The notes beneath the pieces are model-generated. The model was given only the letters and a program-made list of their open reading frames with translations, was not told the DNA's origin and made no database searches. From Sulfurihydrogenibium sp. (GTDB lineage Bacteria; Aquificota; Aquificia; Aquificales; Hydrogenothermaceae): a stretch of 51,781 nucleotides of DNA. The first letter of the stretch is position 1. Every line of letters starts with the position of its first letter. Made by a program: the position numbers and the translations under genes. Location: NCBI RefSeq assembly GCF_027448985.1, contig NZ_DAIDMN010000001.1, positions 1 through 51,781 on the forward strand. Reading direction: 5' to 3'. Positions 1-10,984 of this stretch are shown here, piece by piece.

Positions 1-28
1 CCTTAAACCCGGTTTTTCCGGTATGCAT
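1..28 (-). CDS. 5' end of a gene running off the left edge (MHTGKTGFK...)
   Basis: ATG at 28-26 preceded by SD-like GAAGGTGA and an extended -10 (TGATATAAT, minus strand, 60-68); only 9 codons visible. Confidence 0.45.
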
Positions 29-146
29 TTTTATCACCTTCTTTGGTTGTGATTTGACTATTATATCAGTGGATTTGTTAAAAAAAGATTACAAAATTTT
101 AAGATTTAGATATTGAATTTATTTAAGGATTTTATTTAAAAAGAAC

Positions 147-773
147 TTATTTTTGGAATAACTTTATATACTCCCTACACCTTGATTCTATATCAGATGC
201 GGTCCAAACATCACTGATTACAGCTACCATATCTGCTCCCAAATCTATTAGCTCTTTTGAATTTTCAGCTGTTAAACCACCTATCACACATACCGGTATT
301 TTCAAAACATTTTTAGCTTCCAAGACAACTGATTTTGGAACTATCCTTGATTTTGGTTTTGTAGGAGATGGATAAAAACTACCGAAAGCTACATAATCTG
401 CTCCTATTTCTTGCATCTGTAATGCTCTTTCAACACTACCATAACAGGATACACCCATTATTTTCCCTTTTGTTTTTTGACGAACTTCAACCACATCCGG
501 GTCTTCTTCACCTACATGAACACCGTCTGCATCAACGTTTAAAGCAAGGTCAACTCTATCGTTTACAATAAAAATTGCATCGTATTTATGACATAGCTTT
601 TTAAGCTCTAAACAGTAAGGGATTAAAAATTCATCCGGATTGTTTTTATCTCTAAGTTGAACGATGGATGCTCCTCCCTTTAATGCTCTTTCTACCATAT
701 CCAACATTCTGTCGTAAGGTGTTAACTTTTCATCTGTGATTACATACAAACCTTTTAGTTTCATTTTCACCAT
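147..773 (-). CDS. thiE: thiamine-phosphate synthase
   Basis: LYVITD, VQLRDK, FIVNDRVDLA, DGVHVG, SPTKP motifs. Confidence 0.95.
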   Translation of the reverse strand: MVKMKLKGLYVITDEKLTPYDRMLDMVERALKGGASIVQLRDKNNPDEFLIPYCLELKKLCHKYDAIFIVNDRVDLALNVDADGVHVGEEDPDVVEVRQKTKGKIMGVSCYGSVERALQMQEIGADYVAFGSFYPSPTKPKSRIVPKSVVLEAKNVLKIPVCVIGGLTAENSKELIDLGADMVAVISDVWTASDIESRCREYIKLFQK

Positions 774-815
774 CCTCTAATTTCTTATTTAAGCTTAAAA
801 CAATTAAGTTTTCAT

Positions 816-1196
816 TTAAAGCTTTAAAATTTCATTTAAATGGATATTTTTTTTATCGTAAATAAAAACTGGTTTTACAGAGTATTTTGATAAAAATCCA
901 CACTCTCTAACTTCTTCAAACTTTGCTTTGTATTCGTTGAAGATAAAATCATCTTTTGTTTTATAACTGCAAGCCAATATTAGTAAAACAGCTTCTTTAC
1001 AGTTTACAAGTTGAAAACGCTTTATCGCTTCCGAAAAATGATTTTCAAGAATGTGTACAATACCCCTTAAAAACCATTTTTCCTGCATGTCATCAGTTTT
1101 CTCAAGTATTTTTTCTATCTCTTCTTCTTTTAAAAAGCTGTCATCTTCCTTTAAAAAACCTATCTTAAGTTTTCTAAAGTCTTTTATCTCCATCAT
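816..1196 (-). CDS. hypothetical protein (helical, possibly TPR-like)
   Basis: 126-aa ORF with ATGA overlap to gltX; no recognised motif. Confidence 0.65.
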   Translation of the reverse strand: MMEIKDFRKLKIGFLKEDDSFLKEEEIEKILEKTDDMQEKWFLRGIVHILENHFSEAIKRFQLVNCKEAVLLILACSYKTKDDFIFNEYKAKFEEVRECGFLSKYSVKPVFIYDKKNIHLNEILKL

Positions 1197-2632
1197 CCAA
1201 AGTACTCTAAAAATCTTTTTAATCTAAACTTTACTCTTTCTATACCAATAACTTCAACTAAAATATCCAGTCCTACTCCCGATGATTCTCCTGTTAAAGC
1301 AACTCTTAAAGGGTGAAATAGTCCTTTTCCTTTAAATCCGTACTCTTTTTGTATTTCTTTTGTTATGTTTTTAAAATCTTCTTTGGTTATAGAATGTAAG
1401 TCTTTTATCTTTTGGTAAAAGATTTCTACCACTTTGTAAAAGTTAGGGTCAGATTTTACTTCTTCTTTTATTTCTTGGCTAAAAGGAAACTCATCTACAA
1501 AGAACACTTTTGCCCTTTCTTTAATATCCATTAGAGTTTCTATGCTGTCTCTTATTGCTTCCATAACTTTTTTGTAGTATTCAAAATCAGCTTTGTATCC
1601 AAAACCTTCAAAAAATTCTATCGCTCTTTTGGTAAGTTCTTCTAAATCCAATATTTCTCTTATATAAACTCCGTTCATCCATCTTAGTTTGGTTCTATCA
1701 AATATTGCAGGAGATTTGTTGACATCCTGTATTCTAAACTGTTTTATTATCTCTTCTTTAGACAGTATTTCTCTTTCGTCCTTAGGATGCCAACCCAGTA
1801 GAGATAGGTAGTTAAACACAGCTTCCGATAAAAAGCCGTCATCTTTCAGTGCTCTGACCGATACTGCTCCATGCCTTTTTGATAGTTTTGTTCTATCTTC
1901 CCCAAGTATTATAGGCAAGTGTGCAAACTGTGGGATGTTAAAACCAAGAGCTTCGTATATAACTATCTGTTTTGGTGTGTTTGAAAGATGGTCTTCTCCC
2001 CTAATAACATGTGTTATTCCCATCAAGGCGTCATCTATGACAACTACAAAGTTGTAAACTGGCATACCATCTTGACGAACTATTACAAAATCTCCAAACT
2101 CTTTCGTGTCTATCTCTACATGACCTCTTATTATATCTTCAAATACGACCGTTTTATCCGGAACTTTAAATCTTATAACTGGTTTTATTCCTTTTGCTTC
2201 GTAATCTGCTCTTTCTTCAGGGGTTAGATTCCTACATTTACCACTGTATCTGTATGGTCTTCCTTCTGCTATGGCTTTTTCTCTTTCTTTTTCTAACTCT
2301 TCTTCACTACAGTAACAGTAGTAAGCATATCCGGATTTTAAAAGCTTATCTACGTATTTTTGATAAATTTCTAACCTTTCAGATTGTCTGTAAGGTCCGT
2401 GTGGTCCACCTTTATCTGGTCCTTCGTCCCAATCTATTCCCATCCATTTTAAATCTTCCATCAACATTTCTTCGTACTCTTTTTTTGACCTTTCTAAATC
2501 TGTATCTTCTATCCTTAATATAAAGGTTGCTCCTTCGTGTTTTGCAAATAGGTAATTGAATAAAGCAGTCCTTGCATTTCCAAGGTGAAGATATCCGGTA
2601 GGACTTGGTGCAAATCTTACTCTTTTCATCAA
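1193..2632 (-). CDS. gltX: glutamate--tRNA ligase
   Basis: RFAPSPTGYLHLGN (HIGH-type), LRIEDTD, KLSKR (KMSKS-type). Confidence 0.97.
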   Translation of the reverse strand: MMKRVRFAPSPTGYLHLGNARTALFNYLFAKHEGATFILRIEDTDLERSKKEYEEMLMEDLKWMGIDWDEGPDKGGPHGPYRQSERLEIYQKYVDKLLKSGYAYYCYCSEEELEKEREKAIAEGRPYRYSGKCRNLTPEERADYEAKGIKPVIRFKVPDKTVVFEDIIRGHVEIDTKEFGDFVIVRQDGMPVYNFVVVIDDALMGITHVIRGEDHLSNTPKQIVIYEALGFNIPQFAHLPIILGEDRTKLSKRHGAVSVRALKDDGFLSEAVFNYLSLLGWHPKDEREILSKEEIIKQFRIQDVNKSPAIFDRTKLRWMNGVYIREILDLEELTKRAIEFFEGFGYKADFEYYKKVMEAIRDSIETLMDIKERAKVFFVDEFPFSQEIKEEVKSDPNFYKVVEIFYQKIKDLHSITKEDFKNITKEIQKEYGFKGKGLFHPLRVALTGESSGVGLDILVEVIGIERVKFRLKRFLEYFG

Positions 2633-3027
2633 AATCCTCCACTAAAAAGTTTTAAAACAAAGTAAGTTATTATTAAACCAAGTATTAATCCGATTATGGA
2701 TATAATTATTTTACTACTTCTTTCTATTTCTTGCTTTTTGTACTCTTCCAACTTATTGTTTTCTTCTAAAAGTACTCTTCTGAGTTCTAATCTATCTATA
2801 TGGTCTACTATTTTTTTTCTTTCTAAGTCATAAGTTGCTATAAAAATTTTTTCTTTTTTATTTAAGGGTTGTAGATACAAAGTGAATATATTTTTTTCTA
2901 TTTCTCCCGAAAGGTTATAAAATTCAGCGTAATCTGAGAAATTTTCTTTGTAATCTGTTTGAAGTATCTCTTCTAAAATTTTGTAAGGTAAATAGTCTAA
3001 ATTTTCTTTGAAAAATGCAAATTTCAA
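2629..3027 (-). CDS. hypothetical protein with C-terminal transmembrane anchor
   Basis: 4-nt overlaps with both neighbours; hydrophobic C-terminus IIISIIGLILGLIITYFVL. Confidence 0.7.
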   Translation of the reverse strand: MKFAFFKENLDYLPYKILEEILQTDYKENFSDYAEFYNLSGEIEKNIFTLYLQPLNKKEKIFIATYDLERKKIVDHIDRLELRRVLLEENNKLEEYKKQEIERSSKIIISIIGLILGLIITYFVLKLFSGGF

Positions 3028-4772
3028 ACTTTAACACCGAACTTTTTTCTTTTATTTTTAACAAACTTTTCAACTTCTTGCCATGATAGGGTGTTTATTA
3101 TATCTTCTTTTTTAGCCCATCCTCTACGGGCTATGTATACACCTAACTGAATGTAGTGAAAGTTAGATAAAGAATGGCTATCACTACTTATTACAAGTTT
3201 AACTCCACTTTCTACTGCTTTTTTAACCATCACATCCGGTAAATCCATTCTCAGTGGTTGAGAGTTAATCTCTAAGGCTGTTCCCGTCTCTTTTGCCACT
3301 TTAAAAATCTCATCTGAGAGTTGATAACTTTCTCTACTTCCTAATATTCTTCCTGTTGGATGTCCTATTACGTTTACGTATGGATTTTCCATAGCTTTTA
3401 CTATTCTATCTGTGTTGTCTCTGTTAAAGTGGGTGTGTATGGATGCCACTACCCAGTCTAACTTTGCTAAAATTTCATCTGGAAGGTCTAACGAACCATC
3501 CAACATTATATCCACTTCTATACCTTTTTTTAAAAGTGGGTACCCAAGTATTTTGTTTACTTTGTCTATCTCTTCTATCTGTTTTAAAACATCTTCTTCC
3601 GTTAAGCCATGGGCTACTCTTACAGCTTTAGAGTGGTCCGTTATTACAAGGTACTCGTATTTAAAGTTTTCTTTGATATATTTTGCTATCTCTAAGATTG
3701 TGTTGTATCCATCTGTCCAGTTTGAGTGGCAGTGAAAGTCTCCTTTTATGTCAGAAAGTTCGACTAAAATCGGTAGTTTTCCTGAAATAGCAGCTTCTAT
3801 TTCACCTCTATCTTCTCTTAATTCTGGTGGTATCCACTGCATTCCTACAGCTTTGTAAACACTTTCCTCTGTCTCTCCAGCTATTTTTTCTCCCGTTTTT
3901 GAATCAAAAACACCGTATTCACTTATTTTAAGTCCTATGGATTTTGCATAGTCTCTAAGGTGGACGTTGTGTTCTTTTGAGCCAGTAAAGTATTGGAGAC
4001 CACTTCCCCATTCTTCTTGTTTTAAAACTCTTAAATCGACCTGTCTGTCTTTTTCTTTTATTATTACACTTGCTTTTGTGTCTCCTTTTGCTAAAACTTC
4101 TTTAACGTCTTCAAGATTTACAAAGTAGTTTATTATTTTTTCTCTGTCCTTGTCATCACAGGTTATCAGAATATCTATATCTCCGATTGTTTCTTTCCTT
4201 CTTCTTAGGCTTCCGGCTACTTCAATGTTTTTTATCTCTTTAAGTTTTTTTAGTTTTTCAACTATTATGTTACTAATTTCAAGGGCTTCCCAAAGGGTTA
4301 ATCTTGCTTGGGATTTTTCAAAGAGCTCTAATCCTTTTAACATGTTTTCAACTTTTTTTGGTCCAAAGCCTTTTATTTTTGCGACTCTACCATCTTTAAG
4401 GGCTTTTATAAGTTCTTCTTTTGTTGATATACCAAGCTCTTGGTGTATCTTTTTTAGAGTTTTTGGTCCAAATCCGGGGACTTCCATCAACTTTAAAAAA
4501 TCCGGTGGAACTAATTTTTTAAGTTCTTCGTATTTTTGTATTTTTCCGGTTTTTACATACTCTACTATTTTTTCTGCTGTGTGAGTTCCTATACCTCTTA
4601 TTTCGTCTAATTTTCCGGATTCTATGTAGTTTCTTACGTCATCGGGAAGGTCTTCCAAAACTTGGGCTGCTTTTTGGTAAGCTAAAGCTCTGAACTTATC
4701 ATCTAAAAACTCGTAAATGTGAGACATATCCCTAAATATTTTTGCTATTTCCTTGTTTATGTTTTGGTACAT
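3024..4772 (-). CDS. polX: DNA polymerase X family with C-terminal PHP domain
   Basis: HhH motifs, AGSLRRRKETIGDIDIL, YFTGSKEHN, PHP motifs DFHCHS/ITDHS/GHPTGR/SDSH. Confidence 0.95.
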   Translation of the reverse strand: MYQNINKEIAKIFRDMSHIYEFLDDKFRALAYQKAAQVLEDLPDDVRNYIESGKLDEIRGIGTHTAEKIVEYVKTGKIQKYEELKKLVPPDFLKLMEVPGFGPKTLKKIHQELGISTKEELIKALKDGRVAKIKGFGPKKVENMLKGLELFEKSQARLTLWEALEISNIIVEKLKKLKEIKNIEVAGSLRRRKETIGDIDILITCDDKDREKIINYFVNLEDVKEVLAKGDTKASVIIKEKDRQVDLRVLKQEEWGSGLQYFTGSKEHNVHLRDYAKSIGLKISEYGVFDSKTGEKIAGETEESVYKAVGMQWIPPELREDRGEIEAAISGKLPILVELSDIKGDFHCHSNWTDGYNTILEIAKYIKENFKYEYLVITDHSKAVRVAHGLTEEDVLKQIEEIDKVNKILGYPLLKKGIEVDIMLDGSLDLPDEILAKLDWVVASIHTHFNRDNTDRIVKAMENPYVNVIGHPTGRILGSRESYQLSDEIFKVAKETGTALEINSQPLRMDLPDVMVKKAVESGVKLVISSDSHSLSNFHYIQLGVYIARRGWAKKEDIINTLSWQEVEKFVKNKRKKFGVKV

Positions 4773-4773
4773 A

Positions 4774-5550
4774 CTAAATCAACTCCCTTAGTTTTTTTCC
4801 TATGTCTTTTTCTCTCATAAGGGACTCTCCTATTAAAAATGCATCTACTTGATAATTTTTCAACTCTAAAAGCTCTTGTTTTGTGTTTAAACCGCTTTCA
4901 GCAACAATTACCTCTGCTCCCAATTTTTTCATTTTTGGTGCGAGTTCTTTAGATGTATTTATATCAACTTCGAAAGTTTCCAAATTTCTGTTGTTTATTC
5001 CTATAATTTTTGCCCCGGCGTAAAGAGATTTAACTCCTTCATCGTAGGAATGGATTTCAACAAGGGGCTCCATATCAAGCTCTTTTCCAAATTCTATTAG
5101 TTTTTTCATTTCTTGCAAAGTTAAAACTTTTGCGATTAAAAGATAACTATCTGCTCCATAAGCGTAAGCTTCAAGTATCTGTCTTTCGTCTATTATGAAA
5201 TCTTTTCGTAGTAAGGGTAGATTTACTTCTTTTGATATGTTGTAAAGGTACTCAATACTTCCTTGGAAGTACTGTTTATCAGTTAAAACGGATATAGCTT
5301 TTGCTCCGTTTTCTTCGTATATCTTTGCAATTGTTACAGGTTCAAAATCGTACCTTATAACACCTTTTGATGGTGATGCTTTCTTTACTTCGGCTATTAT
5401 GTTTATTCCTTTACCTGTTATAGCTTTTTTAAAGTCCAACACTTTTTTCTTTCTCTCCAATGCTAAACTTTCAAGATGTTTTACGTAAGAAGATGTGTAG
5501 TTTTCAAGTTCTTCCTTTTTTGTTTGAATTATTTTTTCTAAAATGTTCAT
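4774..5550 (-). CDS. trpC: indole-3-glycerol phosphate synthase
   Basis: IIAEVKKASPSKG, LRKDFII, GINNRNL, AESG. Confidence 0.97.
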   Translation of the reverse strand: MNILEKIIQTKKEELENYTSSYVKHLESLALERKKKVLDFKKAITGKGINIIAEVKKASPSKGVIRYDFEPVTIAKIYEENGAKAISVLTDKQYFQGSIEYLYNISKEVNLPLLRKDFIIDERQILEAYAYGADSYLLIAKVLTLQEMKKLIEFGKELDMEPLVEIHSYDEGVKSLYAGAKIIGINNRNLETFEVDINTSKELAPKMKKLGAEVIVAESGLNTKQELLELKNYQVDAFLIGESLMREKDIGKKLRELI

Positions 5551-5554
5551 CTTT

Positions 5555-6319
5555 TTACCTCAATACGATAATGTAGTAAAGTATTCCCAAGATTATTCTG
5601 TAAATCCCAAATGGTGTGAAGCTGTGGTTTGATATGTATTTTAATAAAAGTTTTATAGCCAAGATAGCAAAAACAAACGCTGTAATAAATCCTATAACAA
5701 GGTTTTCCCAATCTGACACATTAAAACTACTGTGATTTTTGTAGATGTCGTAAAATGTTGCCATAAACATCGTAGGGACTGCCAACAGAAATGAAAATTC
5801 AGCTGCCGTTTTTCTGTTTAAACCAAGCATTAAACCACCTATTATTGTAGCTCCACTTCTTGACGTTCCAGGTATCATCGCAATAGACTGAAATACTCCT
5901 ATAAAAAACGCTTTTTTGTAGTTTATTTCTTCAAAACTTTTTATCGGATAATCTTTGTTTTTATGGTAGTACTCAATTAGTATTAAAATCAAACCTCCTA
6001 ACACAAGCATAAATACAACAATGAAAGGGTTAAAAAGTGATTTTATCAATTTGTAAAGAATAAAACCCAGAGTTCCGGTAGGAATAAACGCAATCAGTAG
6101 TTTTTTTAACAGTTGTATATCTTTAAACTTTTCAAAGTATAAAAACACAACAGCCATTATTGAACCAAGTTGTATAGAAACTTCAAAGGCTTTATGGTTA
6201 TCTGTTTGCTGAATTCCCATCAATGTAGAGGCTAATATTAAATGTCCTGTTGATGATATGGGTAAAAATTCTGTTAGACCTTCTACCACTCCCAATATAA
6301 AAGCTTGTAAACTACTCAC
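5555..6319 (-). CDS. uppP: undecaprenyl-diphosphate phosphatase (BacA)
   Basis: EGLTEFLPISSTGHL and PGTSRSGATI motifs, multiple TM segments. Confidence 0.96.
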   Translation of the reverse strand: MSSLQAFILGVVEGLTEFLPISSTGHLILASTLMGIQQTDNHKAFEVSIQLGSIMAVVFLYFEKFKDIQLLKKLLIAFIPTGTLGFILYKLIKSLFNPFIVVFMLVLGGLILILIEYYHKNKDYPIKSFEEINYKKAFFIGVFQSIAMIPGTSRSGATIIGGLMLGLNRKTAAEFSFLLAVPTMFMATFYDIYKNHSSFNVSDWENLVIGFITAFVFAILAIKLLLKYISNHSFTPFGIYRIILGILYYIIVLR

Positions 6320-6785
6320 TCTTTTCTCCTTTCTTCTCCTTTTCTATCTCTTTTATTATACTTTCAAAGTCTTTAATGTCTTGGAAGTTATCACATACGG
6401 AAGCAAATCTTAAAAATGCTACGGCGTCTAACGACCTTAATTTACTTTTTACAATGTCCCCTATTTCTGCTGAGGTGACCTTTAATTTACCTTCATCTAT
6501 AAAGTATCTTTCTATCTCATCAGCTATCTGTCTTATTTGTTGTTCTGTAATTGGTCTTCCTGTAGATGCAAGTTTTATTCCTCTTACTATCTTTTCTTTA
6601 TCAAAAGGTTCAACGGAGTTATCTTTTTTTACAACGGTTATAAATTCTTCTTCTATTCTTTCGTAGGTTGTAAACCTGTATCCACATTTTAAACATTCCC
6701 TTCTTCTCTTTATAACTGTACCTTCTTTTGACTGTCTTGTTTCTAAAACTTTATCTTCCAATGAGCCACATTTAGGACATTTCAT
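6312..6785 (-). CDS. nrdR: transcriptional repressor NrdR
   Basis: MKCPKC...RRRECLKCGYRFTTYE zinc ribbon plus ATP-cone. Confidence 0.97.
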   Translation of the reverse strand: MKCPKCGSLEDKVLETRQSKEGTVIKRRRECLKCGYRFTTYERIEEEFITVVKKDNSVEPFDKEKIVRGIKLASTGRPITEQQIRQIADEIERYFIDEGKLKVTSAEIGDIVKSKLRSLDAVAFLRFASVCDNFQDIKDFESIIKEIEKEKKGEKSE

Positions 6786-6796
6786 CTTTTCCTCTT

Positions 6797-8080
6797 TTAT
6801 AAATTTTTAAAACATTCTCTTGCTTTTTCTAAGGTTAAATAAAGGTCTTCTTTACTGTGAGCTGTAGATAGGAAAAATGCTTCAAACTGTGATGCTGGTA
6901 GGTACACACCTTTTTCAAGCATACATCTGAAAAATTTAGCAAATTTTTGAGTGTCCGAAGTTTTCGCAGTTGTAAAGTCTTTAACTGGTGTTTGTGTAAA
7001 GAATACCGTTATCATTGAACCAACTCTGTTTATCTGGATAGGTATAGATGTTTCTTTTGATATTTCTTTAAAGCCTTCTTCGATAATTTTTCCTTTTTCG
7101 TCTAACTCTCTGTATGGGTTCAACTCTTTTAGAAGTTGGAGTTGCCTTAATCCGGCTGCCATTGCTAATGGATTTCCTGATAGTGTACCTGCTTGGTAAA
7201 CGGGTCCAACAGGTGCTACATACTCCATTATCTCTCTTTTTCCTCCGTAAGCTCCAACTGGAAGACCTCCACCTATCACTTTACCAAAAGTTGTCAAATC
7301 TGGTTGAATGTCATAAAGCTCCTGTGCTCCTCCGTAGGACAGTCTAAATCCTGTCATAACTTCGTCAAATATGAGTAAAGAACCGTATTTTTGCGTTACC
7401 TCTCTAAGTTTCTGGTGGTATTCTCTGGAAGGTGCTACAACTCCCATGTTTCCAGCTACCGGTTCTACTATCACACAGGCAATGTCTTCTCCGTATTTTT
7501 TAAATGCTTCTTCTACTGCTTCTATATCGTTGTAAGGTAGTACTATCGTTAGGTTTGCTAACTCTTCAGGAATTCCGGGTGTTCCGGGTATTCCAAGGGT
7601 TGCAACTCCAGAACCTGCTGAAACAAGAAGACTATCTCCATGTCCATGATAACATCCGTCAAACTTTACTATCTTCTTTCTTTTTGTGTAGCCTCTTGCA
7701 AGTCTTATAGCACTCATTGTCGCTTCTGTTCCGGAGTTTACGAACCGAACCATTTCTACGGATTTTACAGCATCTACAACAGCTTTTGCCATCTCTACTT
7801 CTAAATAGGTAGGTGCTCCAAAACTTGTGCCATAGTTTGAAATCTGTTTTATCGCGTTAATAACTTGGTCGTGGGCATGTCCTAAGATTAAAGGTCCCCA
7901 CGATAAAACATAGTCTATATATTCATTTCTGTCAACGTCCCATATCCGGCTTCCTTTTCCTTTTTCTATAAAAATAGGGTCTGTACCTACCGACTTAAAA
8001 GCTCTCACAGGAGAGTTAACACCACCAACCAAAAACTTCTGCGCTTCTTTGAATAACTCCTTAGACTTTAGGATATTCAT
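6797..8080 (-). CDS. hemL: glutamate-1-semialdehyde 2,1-aminomutase
   Basis: [42 protein letters not shown]. Confidence 0.97.
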   Translation of the reverse strand: MNILKSKELFKEAQKFLVGGVNSPVRAFKSVGTDPIFIEKGKGSRIWDVDRNEYIDYVLSWGPLILGHAHDQVINAIKQISNYGTSFGAPTYLEVEMAKAVVDAVKSVEMVRFVNSGTEATMSAIRLARGYTKRKKIVKFDGCYHGHGDSLLVSAGSGVATLGIPGTPGIPEELANLTIVLPYNDIEAVEEAFKKYGEDIACVIVEPVAGNMGVVAPSREYHQKLREVTQKYGSLLIFDEVMTGFRLSYGGAQELYDIQPDLTTFGKVIGGGLPVGAYGGKREIMEYVAPVGPVYQAGTLSGNPLAMAAGLRQLQLLKELNPYRELDEKGKIIEEGFKEISKETSIPIQINRVGSMITVFFTQTPVKDFTTAKTSDTQKFAKFFRCMLEKGVYLPASQFEAFFLSTAHSKEDLYLTLEKARECFKNL

Positions 8081-9242
8081 AACTTATTTTACCTCCTTTA
8101 TTTTTTGGTTTGAAAATCATTTTTGCTAGTTTAGGTGCGTACTGTATAAAGAAGGTTCCTATAAATGCCATTGTAAATGTGTATACACCAAAAAGAGGTA
8201 CAAAAGAAGCCGGAGAGAATTTGGAAATGACTATTGAAAACTCACCTCTATTTACAATGGAAAATCCGGCTGTTAAAGATGCTTTTTTTGACAATCCGTA
8301 AATCTGACCCCCTATATATCCCGTTAAAACTTTACCTACGATGGAAACAACAACCATTAAGATTAAAATAATAACATTTTGTAATGTAAAAAACTCAGGA
8401 CTGAAAACTATGTTTGAACCAAAAACGAAGAAAAATATAGCAACAGCTAAATCTCTTATAGAGAATAATACTCTTTCAACTTCTTCAGCTTTTCCAGATT
8501 CTGATATCAACATGCCTATTAAGAAAGCTCCCAAAGCTTCAGATAAACCTATGTAATAGGTAAATCCGGCAAAAGAAATTAGTAATCCAAATGCAAACAA
8601 AATAAAAATGTCTTCGTTTAAGAATCTTTCAATGAAAGTTGAAATCTTATCCTTCATTGTCATCGCAATAAGAATCACAAAAGAAAAAACAGCTAAAACT
8701 TTGAAAATAATAATACCAAAAGAAATAGGTTCTAACTTTCCACCTGATAGTAATCCCGCTAAAATCGCCAGCATAACAGGAGCTACAATATCTTCAAAGA
8801 CCATCAATCCCAAAATCATCTCAGTTTCCGGATTGGCAATCCTTTTTTCATCTACAATAACTTTTGAGGTTATAGCTGATGAGGAAGCGTAAGCTATTGC
8901 ACCACCCAAAAAGGCTATTACAGTATCAAATCCTAAAATCAGCAACAGTACAGATATAGCACCAAAATTAAAAATTATATCTAAAAGACCAACAACCCAA
9001 ATTCTTTTAGAAACATCTACAGCTCTTGCTATGTTAAACTCAAGACCAAGATAGAAGAATAAAAGAACAATACCAATTTCACTGAGTCTTTCTATCGTTA
9101 TATCTTCATGTAGAAACCTACCTGCCACTATTCCAGCTAAAATAAAAGCTATTATTGTAGGAATTTTAACAAATCTACTTAAAACTCCAAGTATAAAAAG
9201 GAAAAAAGTGCTTAAACCTAAGGTAAGTAAAAATTTTTCCAT
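8061..9242 (-). CDS. CPA2-family cation:proton antiporter (KhtU-like)
   Basis: Highly hydrophobic, [23 protein letters not shown] motifs; start moved to the ATG at 9242 that overlaps the upstream stop (TAATG). Confidence 0.88.
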   Translation of the reverse strand: MEKFLLTLGLSTFFLFILGVLSRFVKIPTIIAFILAGIVAGRFLHEDITIERLSEIGIVLLFFYLGLEFNIARAVDVSKRIWVVGLLDIIFNFGAISVLLLILGFDTVIAFLGGAIAYASSSAITSKVIVDEKRIANPETEMILGLMVFEDIVAPVMLAILAGLLSGGKLEPISFGIIIFKVLAVFSFVILIAMTMKDKISTFIERFLNEDIFILFAFGLLISFAGFTYYIGLSEALGAFLIGMLISESGKAEEVERVLFSIRDLAVAIFFFVFGSNIVFSPEFFTLQNVIILILMVVVSIVGKVLTGYIGGQIYGLSKKASLTAGFSIVNRGEFSIVISKFSPASFVPLFGVYTFTMAFIGTFFIQYAPKLAKMIFKPKNKGGKISYEYPKV

Positions 9243-9739
9243 TACTCTAATTCGCAAACAGGATAAAAAATTTCAAAAAATCTTTTAATCTGGTCTTTAT
9301 TCCCTACAACAACCAAAGTATCCCCTGGTTTTATAATTTCGTCAGGAGAAGGATTTGTAATTGTTTCGTTGTTCCTTATAATTGCTATTATAGAGGCACC
9401 TGTTTTTTTTCTTATTTCAAGTTCTTTTATGCTTCTATTAGCCAATATAGAGGAAGGTTCAACATTTATCCACTCAATCACTAAATTTTTCATAAACATC
9501 TCTTTTTCTTCTTTGGCTTCCGGTTTAAAGTAAGTTCCCATAAGAATAGAACCAAGTTGAGTAGCCTCCTCTTCGTTTAAACTAAAAGCACATACCGGTT
9601 CATCAAAATCGTCCTTTTCAAAGAAGTATATTTCTCTTTTCCCAGAAAGATGAATTATAACCACAACTTTTTCTTTGTTAGCTGTTATCACAGAAAATTT
9701 TTTGCCTATTCCAGGTAAATCAACTTCTTTAAAAAGCAC
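9242..9739 (-). CDS. KhtT-like antiporter regulatory subunit (TrkA-C/RCK_C)
   Basis: EVDLPGIGKKF N-terminus, GASIIAIIR...NPSPD RCK_C motif; GTG at 9739 follows GAGGTG SD. Confidence 0.88.
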   Translation of the reverse strand: MLFKEVDLPGIGKKFSVITANKEKVVVIIHLSGKREIYFFEKDDFDEPVCAFSLNEEEATQLGSILMGTYFKPEAKEEKEMFMKNLVIEWINVEPSSILANRSIKELEIRKKTGASIIAIIRNNETITNPSPDEIIKPGDTLVVVGNKDQIKRFFEIFYPVCELE

Positions 9740-9832
9740 AGCAAACACCTCTTTTTTATGAGATAATAAACATACTAAATTATACAAAAATTTTGCCGAA
9801 AAGGTTTAAGAATACAGATAGGAGGTTTAAAA

Positions 9833-10984
9833 ATGTCCGTGGCTATAATATCATACGATACCAAATTCGTTGAAAATTTGATAGAGAGTTTAAAGGGTAT
9901 CAAATATGAAGTATTCGGCGATAGTTTGGCGTTTATAAAAGGTTTTAACGATAGTATCAACACAGTAGTTTACGATGCATCATCCGGTGTTTTTGCGGAA
10001 GATGACCTTAGGTATCTTATAAACAAAATGAAAGATAAAAATTTAAGATACTATGTTTTAACTATACCTCAAAATCCTATAGGTAAAGAGTCTTTAGATG
10101 GAAAAATAGAATTTTTCAATAAAGAGAGAGATTTGGAGTTATTGAAAGAAAAACTTACAGATGAAAAAAATACAGTTGAAAATCAACTTTTTGGTTATAA
10201 ACCACAAGAGTCTGATTTTGAAGGTAAAAACACTACAATAGAAAAAGCTACTACTTTTGATATAGAGTTTAACGATTTGAGTTTAGATTACGGGCTAACG
10301 GAAACAAAAGTTCAACCAACGGAAGGAAAAAATATTGAAGATATATTGGAATCTTTTGATTTCCAACTTATGGAAAGTAAAGAAGAAAGTAAAGTTGAGA
10401 AAAATATTGATTTAGATTCTTTAATTCAAGAATTTGAAAGTGTTTATAAAGATAAAGAAAAAGAGGAAATTAAAACCGATAGTGAATTTTTACAAACAGA
10501 AAAAGTAGACCAATCCTTGGAAAACTTTGGTGAAGAGATAAAGAATTTAGGTATAACTGAAGAGTTAATGGAGACAAAAAAAACCGCTTTTGAAAAAGTT
10601 TCAATAGATGATATACTTACAAGTCAAGAAGAAGATAAGGTAGTAATAAATGAAGGAGGAAAAGATATGGTTGCCAACTTTAACATTCAGATCTCTTCGG
10701 AGGATATTAAGAATGTGGTTTTGGACATAGCCAGAAATTATTTAAAAAACGATCCTGCGATAAACACTATAATAGACCATTTACAAATAGACTTTCAAAA
10801 TGAGACAATGAAAGAACTTGAAGATATAAAAAATCAGTTGAAAGAAAAAGCAAGAGAAGAAGCAGAAAAAGTATTAAAAGAAGAGATTACAAACCTTATA
10901 AAAAATGAGCTTAAAGAATATGTAGCGGAAATAACGGCTAAAATAGTAAAAGAAAGATTGGAGCAAGCTTTTAGATCTTTTTGA
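9833..10984 (+). CDS. hypothetical protein: degenerate receiver-like N-domain, long acidic linker, helical C-domain
   Basis: GGAGG SD before ATG; Glu/Asp-rich low-complexity middle; coiled-coil-like C-terminus. Confidence 0.75.
   Translation: MSVAIISYDTKFVENLIESLKGIKYEVFGDSLAFIKGFNDSINTVVYDASSGVFAEDDLRYLINKMKDKNLRYYVLTIPQNPIGKESLDGKIEFFNKERDLELLKEKLTDEKNTVENQLFGYKPQESDFEGKNTTIEKATTFDIEFNDLSLDYGLTETKVQPTEGKNIEDILESFDFQLMESKEESKVEKNIDLDSLIQEFESVYKDKEKEEIKTDSEFLQTEKVDQSLENFGEEIKNLGITEELMETKKTAFEKVSIDDILTSQEEDKVVINEGGKDMVANFNIQISSEDIKNVVLDIARNYLKNDPAINTIIDHLQIDFQNETMKELEDIKNQLKEKAREEAEKVLKEEITNLIKNELKEYVAEITAKIVKERLEQAFRSF

Noticed and set aside
774-815. TPP riboswitch upstream of thiE
   Set aside because: Gap is only 42 nt, AT-rich, and lacks the CUGAGA core
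9783-9800. Sigma54-like promoter upstream of the KhtT-like gene
   Set aside because: Reads GG-N10-GT rather than GG-N10-GC and overlaps a TATAAT, so sigma70 is the simpler reading
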